A stretch of DNA of 64,000 nt from Oculina patagonica (Eukaryota), in NCBI RefSeq assembly GCF_052425735.1, contig NC_135758.1, positions 46,252,001 through 46,316,000 of the forward strand, given 5' to 3'. Position 1 is the stretch's first letter. Every line of letters starts with the position of its first letter. This document shows, one piece after another, positions 26,781 to 39,988 of the stretch. Made by a program: the position numbers and the translations under genes. The notes beneath the pieces are model-generated. The model had not been told where the DNA came from. It did not search any database and saw only the letters and a list, made by a program, of their open reading frames with translations.

Positions 26781-28371
26781 TTAACGTCATGCATACATCG
26801 CCAGGCTGTTAGTTAGTCCAAGATGGCCGGTTCTCAATCTTTGGACTACATCAGACAATAAATTGAGCTTGAGTTTGAATAGTCTTTGGAAGCTGAAATT
26901 TTGATGCTTTCTTTATATGTCCTTTTTATATTACCTTTTCGTTCAGGTGAAGAAAAAAAGTACCATTTTGGAATGAACTTCACCTTTAAAGTAAAACTTA
27001 TTCTTCCAGTGCCATGGCCATAAGTTACTGGGAAAAATAATTCGGAGTTTTCCCAACGAGTTTAACCTATTTACTTCTCAGCCGTATTAATTTATTGCGA
27101 ACTTAAAAAAAACGTCAGACAATTTCACATTTATTATTTTGGCTTCCATGCAATCACGTTTGCTTTCCAGTTACACTAAAGGCATTCACTTAATAACCTT
27201 GAACACTCGAAAATTTTCAGTCGACTTATTCATCGATATAATTTTAGTCATAGTTTTAAGTTAGGCGTCTATAGTAATGTTCTCTTGTGAATAAGTAGGA
27301 TACGTTCAGAATTTCGTAAGTGAAATGTTAGCTATCAACCCAAAAGCTCCATTTAAATAGCAACGGCGTTAATAATCGTCAACCATCAAAACTGTTATAA
27401 ACCACTTACTAAGTCCCTCACATTCTGTACTATCTAGTGAGACAGGGGCCTGAAGAGGTGAAATGGGAACTGGGATTTGAGCAAATCTTCACTGGGAAAA
27501 TGAGACTTGAGTCACTCGGAATAGGAATCACAAAAAAAAAAACTATTTGGGAAAACGATAAGCTGCGAAATGGGTATTATACCGAAATGAGAGTTCGCTC
27601 AGTACTTTGTATTTGCGAGGAAAAAAAAACAGATATTGATTACACTTAAAAGTTTAAGAAAAAGAAGAGACAGTCAGCAAAATTAGTTTTTTCCCAATCA
27701 TTTATTTTTATTAGCACCACAAGCGCAGCTTACATAGGCTTACTTCCTTGGCTAGGAACCATTTTTCCATTATATTCCCACAAAAAATGAACTTGGAGAT
27801 TTAACTATTTTTCAGGTTATCAAAAATCAAGTCATCTTGAAATAGTCAATCATGACAAACAAATGACGGAGTAACAGCATAAAATAAACGGCACATACTT
27901 TTTAGCTTTTAGGAAAAGTAAAGTGAAATATAAAGAATCTATAGCTGCAATAACCTAGAAAATGGGTATCGCTTCGCAGTCTGTGATTTTAGACTCTAAC
28001 AGACATCCTTTTCAGGTTGTTCTTCCACATTAATAACTCAACGAAAAAAACATTTGTACCTACACTGATGAAGTGTCTAATGCGAGAAAATATTAACTGC
28101 ATAAAACCTTTTATGCACAAAATTTAAAGTTCAACGAATATATTTTCTCTTCCCCACATTTTCCTGTGCAATGTCTTGGAGGGTGATTCTTGATATCTCC
28201 CATATGTGTCTAAATATCACCCCTACTATTAAATTTGTAAGTTTATGAGCGAAACTACGAATACTTTCTGGTTGTTACAAACGGCACCAAGGAAATGTGT
28301 ACAGCAGAAGCACCCTTAATTTTTTTGGATAGTTTTATTTCCCTTTTAATTCAAGTAACCGACACTGAATC

Positions 28372-29754
28372 TTAGAAGTCCTTTGGACGAATCTTCATCT
28401 CGGACCTCTTGACAGATTCATTCGTATTCTTCCAGCGGTCCCAGCGCATTCCTTGACCACTGATCTTGCCATTGAGGTACAAACCATTGAGGTTTGAGTG
28501 GGCGCAAGCCTTGTACCACCAGGCGCCTTTTAGAGCCAAGGAACAGTTGCTGGACCACTCGTCATTATCGCGATCTTTGGTGGAAAACTGTGCGCCACGA
28601 TGATAAACAAGAGAATCACCAGCAGTGCCTGAAAGAAAGGAGAAAATAACAACTGTACCATTCTTCTTGATTATTCGATTGTGTTTTGCTGAAGATAAGA
28701 GAACAATACGATAAATAACTACACACTTTCGGTTTTATCAAAGGACTCTGATAAAAACAGCTTGGTGTTCTTTCATTTCAAAAACAAAATCAATCTTAAT
28801 CATTTGAAACTGACAACAGAAGTTAGAACATCAATTATGCTTTAATACATTTTCGCCTTTTTTCTTTCGGGGAAGATAACATGCCAAAAAATATATAATT
28901 TTTATTGTTTCTGGTGTGCAGGAGCTGATTTTATTCCAAATAATAGAGTAACTCCAACAGAGGCAAGCTCACCTGAATAACTACCCAAACTCAGCTGGTA
29001 TTTTGCTCTCTCACTTGTCACGGAAAATGAGTTGTACTCTGCAAATGCTGTTTTACCATGGATGTCTTCCAAGTCAACGCGAAGCTTGTTACTGCTGCTT
29101 ACAGTCAGGCGGTGAATCTTGTCGAGTCCGAGCCAAAACTCGCCGTTCAGATTGCCGAAGCCTCGTTTGTAGTCATCCCAAGCTCGGAAGAAATCTATAG
29201 AGCCATCCCGTCTCTTCTGAAACACCGTCCATCCTCCACCGGCTGTTTTCTGATCACAGAAGACTTCAAATTCTCCCAAACCATCAGGATCGATTTTGTA
29301 CACTCCACTTATCTTTTCACCAGACTGGTAAACTTCGGCACAGTTCTTGTAAACTGCAAATTATACATATCTGCCTTAGAACAGTTAAAACAACAGAATC
29401 TCAGACGACAAGGAATCACAGAAGTTTCAAAACGTTTTAGTACAAACCTTTTTCTCCCGGACCGCCAGTTTGATTTTCTTTACATTTCCCGATTTCCTGT
29501 TTCAATTCGGCCAGCTGTTGCTTCATTTCAGAAATCATGTTTTCTATTTTCTTGCAGTTTGGTCCGGCGAAGAAGCTGTTGTAATTGTGGTTGTTATTGA
29601 CATTACACTGGGAGAATTTCGGTGTCGTCAGCTTCCTCGTTGTCGACCATGACAGAAATGTCGGTGTCGTTGGCTTCCTCGTTGTCGACAGAAGTGAGTT
29701 TGCATGCATCGCTACAAAAGAACTCAACAGGAGAGCTCCAAAGAAATACTTCAT
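28372..29754 (-). CDS. Secreted FReD protein, copy 5; exons 29754-29448, 29353-28973, 28628-28372
   Basis: Exon 1 is nearly identical to copy 3. Exon 3 is divergent: [86 protein letters not shown] introns, open frame. Confidence 0.93.
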
Positions 29755-32700
29755 TGTGGATCGATGTTTGAAAATATTCGTCAGTATAGAGCACCAACAG
29801 GCTACAAACATCAAATGATTCCACAAGACTACAAAAGCCGTTTATATGATTTGTTGTTGGAGCTTGCGCATTCAAAATTCTATTTTAGGAGCACGTTTAT
29901 CGCCAATCAAATATCTTCACATTTCAAATTTACGTGTCGAATATCACGAACAGCTGATTAATTCCCGTTAATACGAATAAGTATATTTTATCAGCTTTAG
30001 TAAAGCTTTTAAGAAAACCAAGCGCTTTTTATTATCGCATCACTGAATAGAAAAAAAGGAGCAGCTGATGACCGAAAAGAGCCCAGTAATGCAGTCACAA
30101 TCCATTCCAAATCCCACGGTTGTCCATAAAACAAGACACATCACGTCGTTAAAGGTTGATGAGTTCGTTGTGCTCAGAATTCGGTTATTTTGTCAGCTTT
30201 GTAAATGTTTTCAAGAGAACCAAAGCCTTTGACTACTGAAAACGAAATAGAAAAAAAGGGGTGAAAGCTGACCTCTTAAAAACGACCGGTAATGTTGTGG
30301 AAACCCAGGACAATACCCACATTTAAAGATTATTGCACCCAGTTATTTTGCACAAGTTTTTGTTCACAACATAGTAAAAATTCATACATTTTCTTTAAAC
30401 TTATGTTTCCTCAATTTTTTTCATTTGTATTAAGTGTAACGAAAAAAAGCTTTAATCCTTTGATAAAAGATGTCATAAGTTTACGTTAGCTTATAAGTTT
30501 ATACGTAACTGATATTAAACGCGATCGACATCATGTTCAACTTAACGTATCCTCATGTATCACAAAGACTAAAAAATACCCTTTTATCAGCGGTCGACGA
30601 CCTTGTGCGTGGGAATTCGTATATTTTAATAACTTTATAAATTGTTTTAAGATAACAGGGCTTTCGAGTATGGAATAGGAAAGAGAAGTGTTGTGGTAAC
30701 GTGCAGCTTTATTTTTAAGGATACTCGCTATAATCAGACACATAGTTATTTAGTTATTTTGCTCAAGCTTTTGATTCTTGCACACTAAAAAGTCATCTTT
30801 TTTTCTTTTAACGGTTTTTGCGTGATGATTTTCTGCTATTCAAAATTGGCTTATATTTTATTACCTGTATAATAGTTTTAATTTAAGAAAAACTCATTTC
30901 GGAATAGGAAAAGGTGTCAATTGATGTCTTCTTAAATTTCGCTCAATCTATAACCATGATAATTCGCAGCTACATTAACTGAAGCTAAATTAATCGAGAC
31001 GGTATTGCAAGCAGTTGTCGAAAAAAGCGTTGTTGTCAGAAGAAATCTGCAACACCTTTCGTGTCCCAGAGCTCCCTCGGTATAACAATGGAATTGTCCG
31101 CTAGTGAGTTTGTTCAGATCTCCTCCGTTAGTTTCCCATCACCATATTTTTCTTATAGTTATAAAATAATGTTCTTTGAATTTAAAACGTCACTAAGCTC
31201 GAGGTGGTGAAAATAAACTTGTGCTTCTCGGCCAACTTCATATATTTCTTATAAGAAATTAACGCTCGTGTTAAATAAGGTATTTGAAATTACCGCGACT
31301 TAAATTTACGTGATTTGGAAGGAAAATACTCCTGAATAAAGGAAATTGACGCGAATGAGGAGATAGTTTTTTTAGAATTAAGGATATTAAGGCGATTAAC
31401 ACTTAAAAGCACAGTTTATGACAACAAATGAACAAATTTTAGTTCAACAAATCATAAGAAGTTGATGTGTAAGATATCAAGCTGCCCTTCTGAAAACAGG
31501 CATGAAATGGAAATATCGTAAACAATATACCCGTAAACTATGTGTGGACAGGATCCAGAATTTTGGGTATAATAAATATTAACGGAAAGTAATGTCGTGG
31601 AAATCAACGTTTCAGTTAATAAATGTCACGGAAATTAGCGCCGGCAAAAATGAACGCGACTTAAAATCCGCGTTAATTTCATAGAGCGTTAATTTCTTAT
31701 AATAAGGTAACTTACTTGTTTTTGAAAACCTTCCAAGGCTTAACGGTTTGCGATTTTTTCCTTCAAATTGAAAAAAAGTGTATAGGAAAACTGCATGTGG
31801 AGAAGCATTGCAGTTCCTTTCAGGAGAATAAAAGCCATTGACAGAATTAGGGAATATCGTTTTTCACTCTCCAAGATTGTGACCCCATGATACGTTCTAA
31901 TTTACAACGCTCTCGTTTAATGGTAGCTACAATTACGTTAACGTGAATGTGAAATCTAGAAGCTTAATTTAATCGCAGCGTCAAAGCGTATTTTTTTGCA
32001 AAATCTTTGCTGTAAAAATGAAAATATTTCGAGAGAAAAAAAGAGTTTTAAATGTTTGACTGTTTAGTATGCGCGGAATAACTACTTACATTCAAGGAAT
32101 TACCATTGTTTTCTTTGAAACTCACGATCGTCTGCAGAATCCTGTTTCAACTATGAAGGCTCTGTTTTAAGCGGCCACAGCACGTTTGAGAGCTTTAGTT
32201 TTCACTCCAATGTAAAACAAATTTTCGAGCCAGTTGAAATTGAAGCAAAACTTGAAAATTGTGTGCATTAAATAATATATTTAAATTCAACTCAGAGATT
32301 GAAACTTACGATGACAGACGTTGCTTTCGAATCATGTTTTCCAAAACTAAAAAGCGTTTTCCTTTTTTCTTAAAAACTTCACGAAAATAGATTCACTCTG
32401 AAAGCGAACAGAATTTACAAGTTTCCTAGAAATCGAATTTATTCAACACACGGAACACGTCGATCGCCAGATGTTGCCACGCTTTCCTCGACCCCGCGCA
32501 AAGTATTCTCATTTGGGCGGCTATTTCACTGGTTTGGTATATATATAGCAAAGCAAGCTTTTTACTTCAGGTTGGATGCAAATTGTTGTATACACACCAC
32601 TTCGGCGAGCAATTGTAAGTTAAGTATCCCATTTGCAACAAAAGGTTCAAATCTAGAATATTATTTTAAAAATATTTACTTTTCATTTCCCAACTCGTGC

Positions 32701-35700
32701 TCGTAGCACAAGTTCTCGGTCGCATGTAAGAGCCAATGTATTAAAAATGAGGTTTTTCGTGATATTGGAGAAAAAAGTGGATTGTAGTAATTTCAAGGGG
32801 AAATACAGCCATCGAAAGGATATATAAAGAGAAAGTTGTTTTACAGTCTCTATGATACGATCCGCAGCGATCGCGTTTAATATCAACTACGTAAACGTAA
32901 ATGTGAAATCTGACAGCTTATATTGCAGGGCCAAAGAGTGCCGTTTCACGAATTCTTTACTATGAAAATGAAAATAATTCAAGAGAAAAATCTAAGGTTA
33001 TATATATATGACTTTTAGTATGCACAAAAACGTGTGCGAGAGCACTGACTTTATGTGGACACGATAAATTGATCATCAGAGCTGATGGGGCCGCCCAACA
33101 AAAAAACTATTAAACTTTATAATTTAAAATTAATGTATGAACTTGGTTCTAAGTCACCAAATCAGTATATAATATTTAGTTCGAGCTTTCAAACAAGATC
33201 ATTTCGTGTCTTATATCCCATGTTAGATACCTCTGCATTTCCAATTCACGTGCGGAACGTCACTAGCAGCTTTCGTGATGTAAAGAATTCGTATATTTTA
33301 CCATCGTATACGGAAAAGTAAAGAAAACATCAATTATCGACTAAAAAACCCATTAATGCAGTGATGTTGAGACACACACAAAAAGCCCATAAGGTGTCTT
33401 AACAGACACAGTCATTTACAGCTGACGAGTTCGTGATATTCAGAATTGGTTTATTTTATCAGCTTCATTAATGCTTTAAATGAGTTACCCAAAGCTTTTA
33501 ATTATATTATTACAGAAGAGGAAAAAGCATTAGTTCATGACAGAAAAACGACCAATTCAGTCGATACACACGTCAAAACCCATAAGTTAATTGTCTCAAC
33601 AGACAACTTACGACAAACAAACTGCTAATAAGGTCGTGATGTTAAGAATTTGTTTATTTTATAGCCACGATGTTTGAGTACATGTATCTTATCACGGAAT
33701 AAGAAAGATGTAAATTAATGTCTCAGAAAAAACACAGTTTTCTTAGGTCACTAACAGCAGATGATTTCGTGATATTCAGTGTTCATTTATTTTATCAGCA
33801 CTATTAATGCTTTTTACGAGAACCAAAGCCTTAAATTATCGTATACAAATAGAGCAAAAATAGTGTTTGAGAAGGGATTAAAAACGCCCAGTAATACAGT
33901 AGAAATCATGCAAGCAAGGACAATAAGGCAACTTGCTTAACAGACACCTCGTTATTTAAACCAGTTTTTTGTTCACGGTATACTTAAAAGTACGTCACGC
34001 ATTTTATCTTAACGTCGTTTTCTCCTGAATAATTTTCATTTTCCTAAAAACATTTGTGAAAGGCAACGCTTTGACGCTGCGCTGATGATTAAAGCATTAG
34101 ATTTCACATAAAAGTTTACGTAGCTGACATTAAACGCGTGATCGATGTAGATCAGAACTTATCACAAAGACTTTCAACAACTTTCTCTTCATCCTGTCGA
34201 GAGCTGTGTTTTCCTTAAAAATTACTCCAATGCTTGTCCAGAAGTTTGTATATCTATTACCTTTCTACGATATCGCGAAAAAGATCAGTTAATATACGTT
34301 ACTACAGCAAGCGAGAACTAATGTCACGAGTACCAGTCCAAAAATCGCTAATTTAATTGTAAAAACATTCTCGATTTGAAACAACTGTTGTTAAATTTTT
34401 AAAAATTATTCCCTGAGGTTGCGAATATCCACCACTTTTCACCAGCACTGTAAGAAAACCGGCCTAAAAATGGGGTTTTATATATAATTAGATAAGAAAT
34501 CGAAAAAATCATTTACAAAGGGGTTTCGACAGAGAAAATTCTGAGAAAATTTAATGAGAGCATCAGGCGAACGACAAAGAAGGTACTTGTTTTTAGTTTT
34601 AATAAAATTATAACGCTTTTGAAGTGAAAGGACTTTTTCTGTTCGTTTAATTTTAGACATGGTTTACAAGTTTTGCCGTCACTATTGCAGGGTAACCTAT
34701 GTTGGAGTGAAAATTGCAGTTCTGTATTCTGCCGTTAGACATCTATAAGGCAACCAAAATACTTTCAAACATAACTGAAGACGGATATAAGTTAAGCGAA
34801 ATACAACATTAAATCGTTTGCAAAATTAAAATATAACCGATGGATTTATTTGCTTGTGAAAAAGATTGCTGCGTTCAGGATTCAGAAAGGACATATATTT
34901 TGAAGTTATTTTGACTTTTAGGGCTTCAAGATTTTCCATTGTATTCCTTTAATTATGTAATTACTCGCATTCAAGAAATTAATATGTTTTTTCTTTGGAA
35001 CTCACGATCGATCCTGAATTTTTAAGACTCAGTTTCTAGCGGCGCGTTTTAAAACTATAATTCTAATTCTAATGTAGGACAAATTTCTGACCAGTAGTAA
35101 AAGCAAAACTTGCAAAATGTGTTTATTAACTAAAATATTCAAATTCAACGCAGATAATGTAACTGACGATAACAGACTTTGCTATCCAATCATGTTTCCA
35201 AAAACTAAAAAGCGTTGTCCTTTTTATTTTTAAAAACTTGTAAACGTCACAAAAATAGCTGTGCTTACGGACTCTATGAAAACGAACAGAAGTGAGAAGT
35301 TTCCCCTTTAGTTATTATAAATTCGTTCAACACACTAAACACGTCGATCGCCAGTCGTTGTCATGCGAATTTCCACGCTTTTCTCGGTCGCGCGCACGAA
35401 GTATTCTCTTTTGAAAATGATCGTTTTTTTCGTTTTTTCGTCTTAGAACGAAGCTATATTTTTGGCGCCGACTATTTCTCTGGTTTTATATATATTAGAA
35501 CAATTTTTTCCTTTGGACTTGCTTACATGTCGAGCTGACAGAGCGCACAGAGCGCGAAGTGCAAAAGCGAGCGCGAAGCGCGAGAGGAGTACCACCAAAC
35601 CGGAAACGAGAACCTAACGACTTTTAGAAAGTCTAATTTTCCCTCCAGTGTCGGTAAAAAGTGGTGGATATTCATCACTATAAACCTCCACTTCGCCGAA

Positions 35701-36295
35701 CAATTGTAAGTTAAGTATCCAAGTTACCACCAACAATAAGTTCAAATCTAGAATGTTTTACAATTTATTTACTTTTTATTTCCCAACTCCCGCTCAAAGC
35801 TCGAGCTCTTGCTCGCCTTTGAGATCGCATTGTCAAATGTTTCGTGATACTGTAAAAATGTGGATTGGGGTAATTTTAAGGAGAACTCTAGCCGTTGAAA
35901 GGATGAAAAGAAAATTGATTTTCACTCTCTGTGATACGTTCGATTATGTTTACTGTCAACTACGTAAACTAAATGTGTAAAATCTGAAATTATTCGAACT
36001 TTTAAACTAGATCATTTTCCATGGGTTAATCCCATTTTAGAAGCGCGTTTTGGCTATCAATACCCGTGCCAAAATTAAACAACTATCATTGCCAATAGAT
36101 TAAAATAAAACACTCATTAAACTTACACTTGTTGTAGATGAAATACTTGCTCCTGATCACCCATCACCTTCAATGCGTTGTCGCAATTGATCGATCCCCC
36201 CCCCCCCCCCCTCTTCTTCTGTGCTGTAAAAACGTTGTCCCACGTGTACAATTTCATTAAACGTCGAACTATTCTGTGTTAAAGTTGCTCGGTAC
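29375..36295. repeat. Segmental duplication (exon 1 and upstream region of copy 5), paralogous to 12350-18887
   Basis: Collinear similarity with indels. Confidence 0.9.
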
Positions 36296-36604
36296 TACGC
36301 TTCTCAGCGAGTACTACTTTTATCGATATCGTTGTTCAGTACTCCTTAAGGTTTGCTAAGAAATGTACAGTAAAAACACTTTGAACTCTTGTAACTCGCG
36401 AGGAAAGCCAAAAATGTTTTGGATAAATATATATTTGCGTAAGATTTAGCCAAGCCTAAAAGCAGAATTCGAACTCCTCAGTTATTCATTTCACCTTTTA
36501 TAGCTCTGAATTTACTTGAGGATGCCATCTTCAGGGCTATGAGAAATTTTCATGGTGTGTTTTTGTTTAACTGTGCAGAAACAACAGCAAACGCACATGT
36601 GCGT

Positions 36605-36632
36605 ACAGACGGACGGACGGATGGACAGACGG
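36605..36632. repeat. (GACG/GACA/GATG)n microsatellite
   Basis: acagacggacggacggatggacagacgg, ~45 bp outside the inferred Helentron 3' end. Confidence 0.8.
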
Positions 36633-37234
36633 AAAACTATTTTTCGGTATGGAGCCGAGTAAGGAACCATGAACAAACAAGAAGCTTAAAGAAGCTTAAA
36701 ACCGGGCGGTAAAACATGCCTTCGTCAGAGATACTGTATCCCTCTTCTAAACTTTTCACTTGGGTTTCCCTTCAAATGTTTAACTGGATCACTCATTAAA
36801 GTGTCAGTTAGAGAAACTTTGAAAGACCATTTTAAATATTTAAATGTCATTTCGCTCAACCCTTTTCTATTATTGTATTCACCTTGTGCAATTCCCACCT
36901 TGTTGTAGACCTCCCGCCTAAAAAGGGCACCCTTTTTGACAGGGCCATTCTATATATTCCACTATAAAGAGTACTTTCAGGAAGAAAACACGGACATACA
37001 AGTCATACACAAGGATTGCAAAAGTTACTTGTGGCTATGACCTTTATGTGGGTGGTCACTAGCTTGGTTTACACGAGGCACAAAATGTGTGGCTTGTCTC
37101 ACTGGCTGGTTCAAACAGTTTTTCTTTTCAAATTTGTGCCTAATAATTAAATGCCGAATTCTACCATCATTAAATCAATCTTTGTCGTAACTATTAGGGT
37201 AGTTCATCCAGGTAGTGTATGAACTGAGAACTAT

Positions 37235-37281
37235 AGAAACATAATCGAGTCGGTACAGTGTACCGACTCGATTATGTTTCT
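37235..37281. repeat. Perfect 23-bp inverted repeat with 1-nt spacer
   Basis: agaaacataatcgagtcggtaca-g-tgtaccgactcgattatgtttct. Confidence 0.95.
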
Positions 37282-38779
37282 GTTTCCTGCTTAACAAAAA
37301 TAAACAAGCATTGTTTTTGATTAGCAGTTATCATTGATTATTAACATTGAAAATAAATAATTAGAGGCTAAGAGTGTAAAATATTATGCAAATATAAATA
37401 TATTAATAACACAAAATATGCAAATAGGAGTACAATCATTGATTTTTATTGTTATCGCCAGCTGTGAGTATAGTTCATTTTGTGTATTTTCAGATGGATT
37501 TCATTCTGTACGTCGAATCACATTTGGGCTGTTACATTGTTTGTCATGGCTCTGGAAAAATCCAACTTAGTTGCAGAATATACAAACTGAAGTCTTTTTT
37601 CCCTAAAACACAAGTTCGCGATTGCACATAGTTTATATGTTGATTAAAAAATATAACGCTTTTCTTCTAAGACAGAACGTAGATTCTCTGAGGTAAGAAG
37701 TGTACTTCCACTACACTCAAGTATCAGTGCACGATGGCAGCTTGTTCTTAGGCTTTGTCTTCACTTTATTTGGTTTATGTCCAAGTTGCTCCGTGACTGT
37801 TATGAATCATTCTGTAAACGTACAATGTCAGATCAGCTGATTAACTTGAGTCCGTAGCTTCTGTGTTTTTTAATGCAATCTTTTTTTGGCAAAAAATGAA
37901 ATGTTCATTTGTTCTTGACATATTTAGTTTCATTTTAATAAATGTCGCCTTTGATTTTTGTGTACTTGACTTGTGATTGACGTATTTTCTTGGCCTGCAA
38001 CTGAATAAAATCAGAGAAAGATCCTGTTTAGTTTTAGAGCCAAAATAACTTGAGTTAGTAGGAGGCTAAATTTATTTCAGATTAAAATGGTTGCATGAAA
38101 CACTTCAGTTGTCAAGGTTTCAACAGCCAATTGATTTTTTAACAACGCTTATAACTGATAATTACCAATTACTCGTAAGAATTGTGTTATAGAAATAGAG
38201 ACCTTGACTTAAGAGTGTAGTCATGTTGTTTGGGGACAATCGCTGCGTGAGTAAATGGATATAGTTCTCCAACTCATTAATAATTCAGCAAGTTAAAACA
38301 AAGAAAATGATAACCGTGAAGGAGGTTTGGAAACCCTATCTTAATAAGCATAGATTTTGTACGATTTTATTTCTCCATTTATTCCGTAGTTTTTGTTGCG
38401 ATTGAGAAGATATATCAAACACTCGAGACAGTGTTTCATTGGCTATCCAAACATCTCGGTGTTGGATATCCCGATGGAACACTGTCTCTTGTGTTTGATA
38501 CTGATTACTTCTAAACTTAACATGTATGAAAAACTTATAGAAAGCAAAAGCTTAGGATGCTTGTAACAGCTGTAAATTTCAAATTAAGGTATCACTTACC
38601 TTCATGATGATGTAGGGCTTGGTGTCTGTCAGACATACATGCACAGCTAGCTTTGCACAGCATTGATTGCTGTGCACCAGGAATAGTTGTTGAGGACATA
38701 TCGTCCTCATCTTATCGTTAATTTGCAAACTTATGTTTTTGTTGTTTGCCGGTGTTTAAATTTACCACTTTCTCTTTCA

Positions 38780-39560
38780 CTTCATTCACTACATTGGCTA
38801 AATTCAGTATTTATTCACGAAATTAGATAGGCTCAGGATTTTTACTTCATTGGCTAAATTTACTACATTAGCTAAATTCACTATCTTCACTAAATTGGCT
38901 AAATTTACTATATTCACTACATTGGCTAAATTCACTATATTCCTCTCAATTGGCTAAATTCGTTATATTCACTTAATTGGCTAAATTCACTACATTCACT
39001 AAATTGGCTAAATTCACTATATTCACTAAAATGGCTAAATTCATTATATTCGTCTAAATTGGCTAAATTTACTATATTCACTAAATTGGTTTAATTCACT
39101 ATATTCACTAAATTGGCTAAATTCACTATATTCACTAAATTGGCTAAATTCACTAAATTGGCTTAATTCACTATATTCACTAAATTGGCTAAATTCACTA
39201 TATTCACTAAATTGGCTAAATTCACTATATTCACTACATTGGCTAAATTCACTATATTCACTACACTGGCCAAATTCACTATATTCACTTAATTGGCTAA
39301 ATTTACTATATTCACTACATTGGCTAAATTCACTATATTCACTACACTGGCCAAATTCACTATATTCACTTAATTGGCTAAATTCACTATATTCACTACA
39401 TTGGCTAAATTCACTATATTCACTACACTGGCCAAATTCACTATATTCACTTAATTGGCTAAATTTACTATATTAAATCACTAAATTGGCTAATTCACTA
39501 TATTCACTACATTGGCCAAATTCAATACATTCACTACATTGGCTAAATTAAATTCACTGC
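38780..39560. repeat. 27-bp minisatellite (aattggctaaattcactatattcacta)n inside the Helentron 3' region
   Basis: More than 20 tandem units read directly; scattered degenerate units continue to ~39895. Confidence 0.95.
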
Positions 39561-39988
39561 ATCCACTAGATAGATAAATAGATAAATAACTTTTATTTAA
39601 ACATGATAAATATTTAAGCTTATAGCTTGTGGGGTTCAGTTGTAGGAAAATAAAAAATAAAAATTTCTTAAGTTCAATATTTAAAATTTAAAATTTACTA
39701 CATTGGCTAAATTCACTTTATTTAATAGTATAAAAAAGGCAATAATGTAAATTCACATTCACGTTGGCTAAATTCACTAGTTTTACTATTTATGTATTAC
39801 ACCTGCTTACTAAAGCCACAATTTAAATTCACTACTTTTACTACATTCACATCATATATCCGATTTACTACAGTCGGCTAAATTCAATATATTCATTACT
39901 TGTATTAAATGACTTTTTAACATCATTTTCTCTAAAATAGAAAAGTATGTTTAAAGGGCTTGGAAAAACTGGGTTTTTTTGGCACAAA

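Noticed and set aside
26995-27025. Possible exon 3 relic (WHWKNK on the minus strand)
   Set aside because: Match too short, and on the wrong side of the exon 2 relic.
37480-38620. Captured host exons in the Helentron 3' region (splice-like motifs at ~37493, 37692, 38080, 38598)
   Set aside because: No coherent reading frame or recognisable protein; cannot be supported without transcripts.
38780-39560. CRISPR-like array
   Set aside because: Contiguous tandem units without unique spacers, eukaryotic context, no cas genes.
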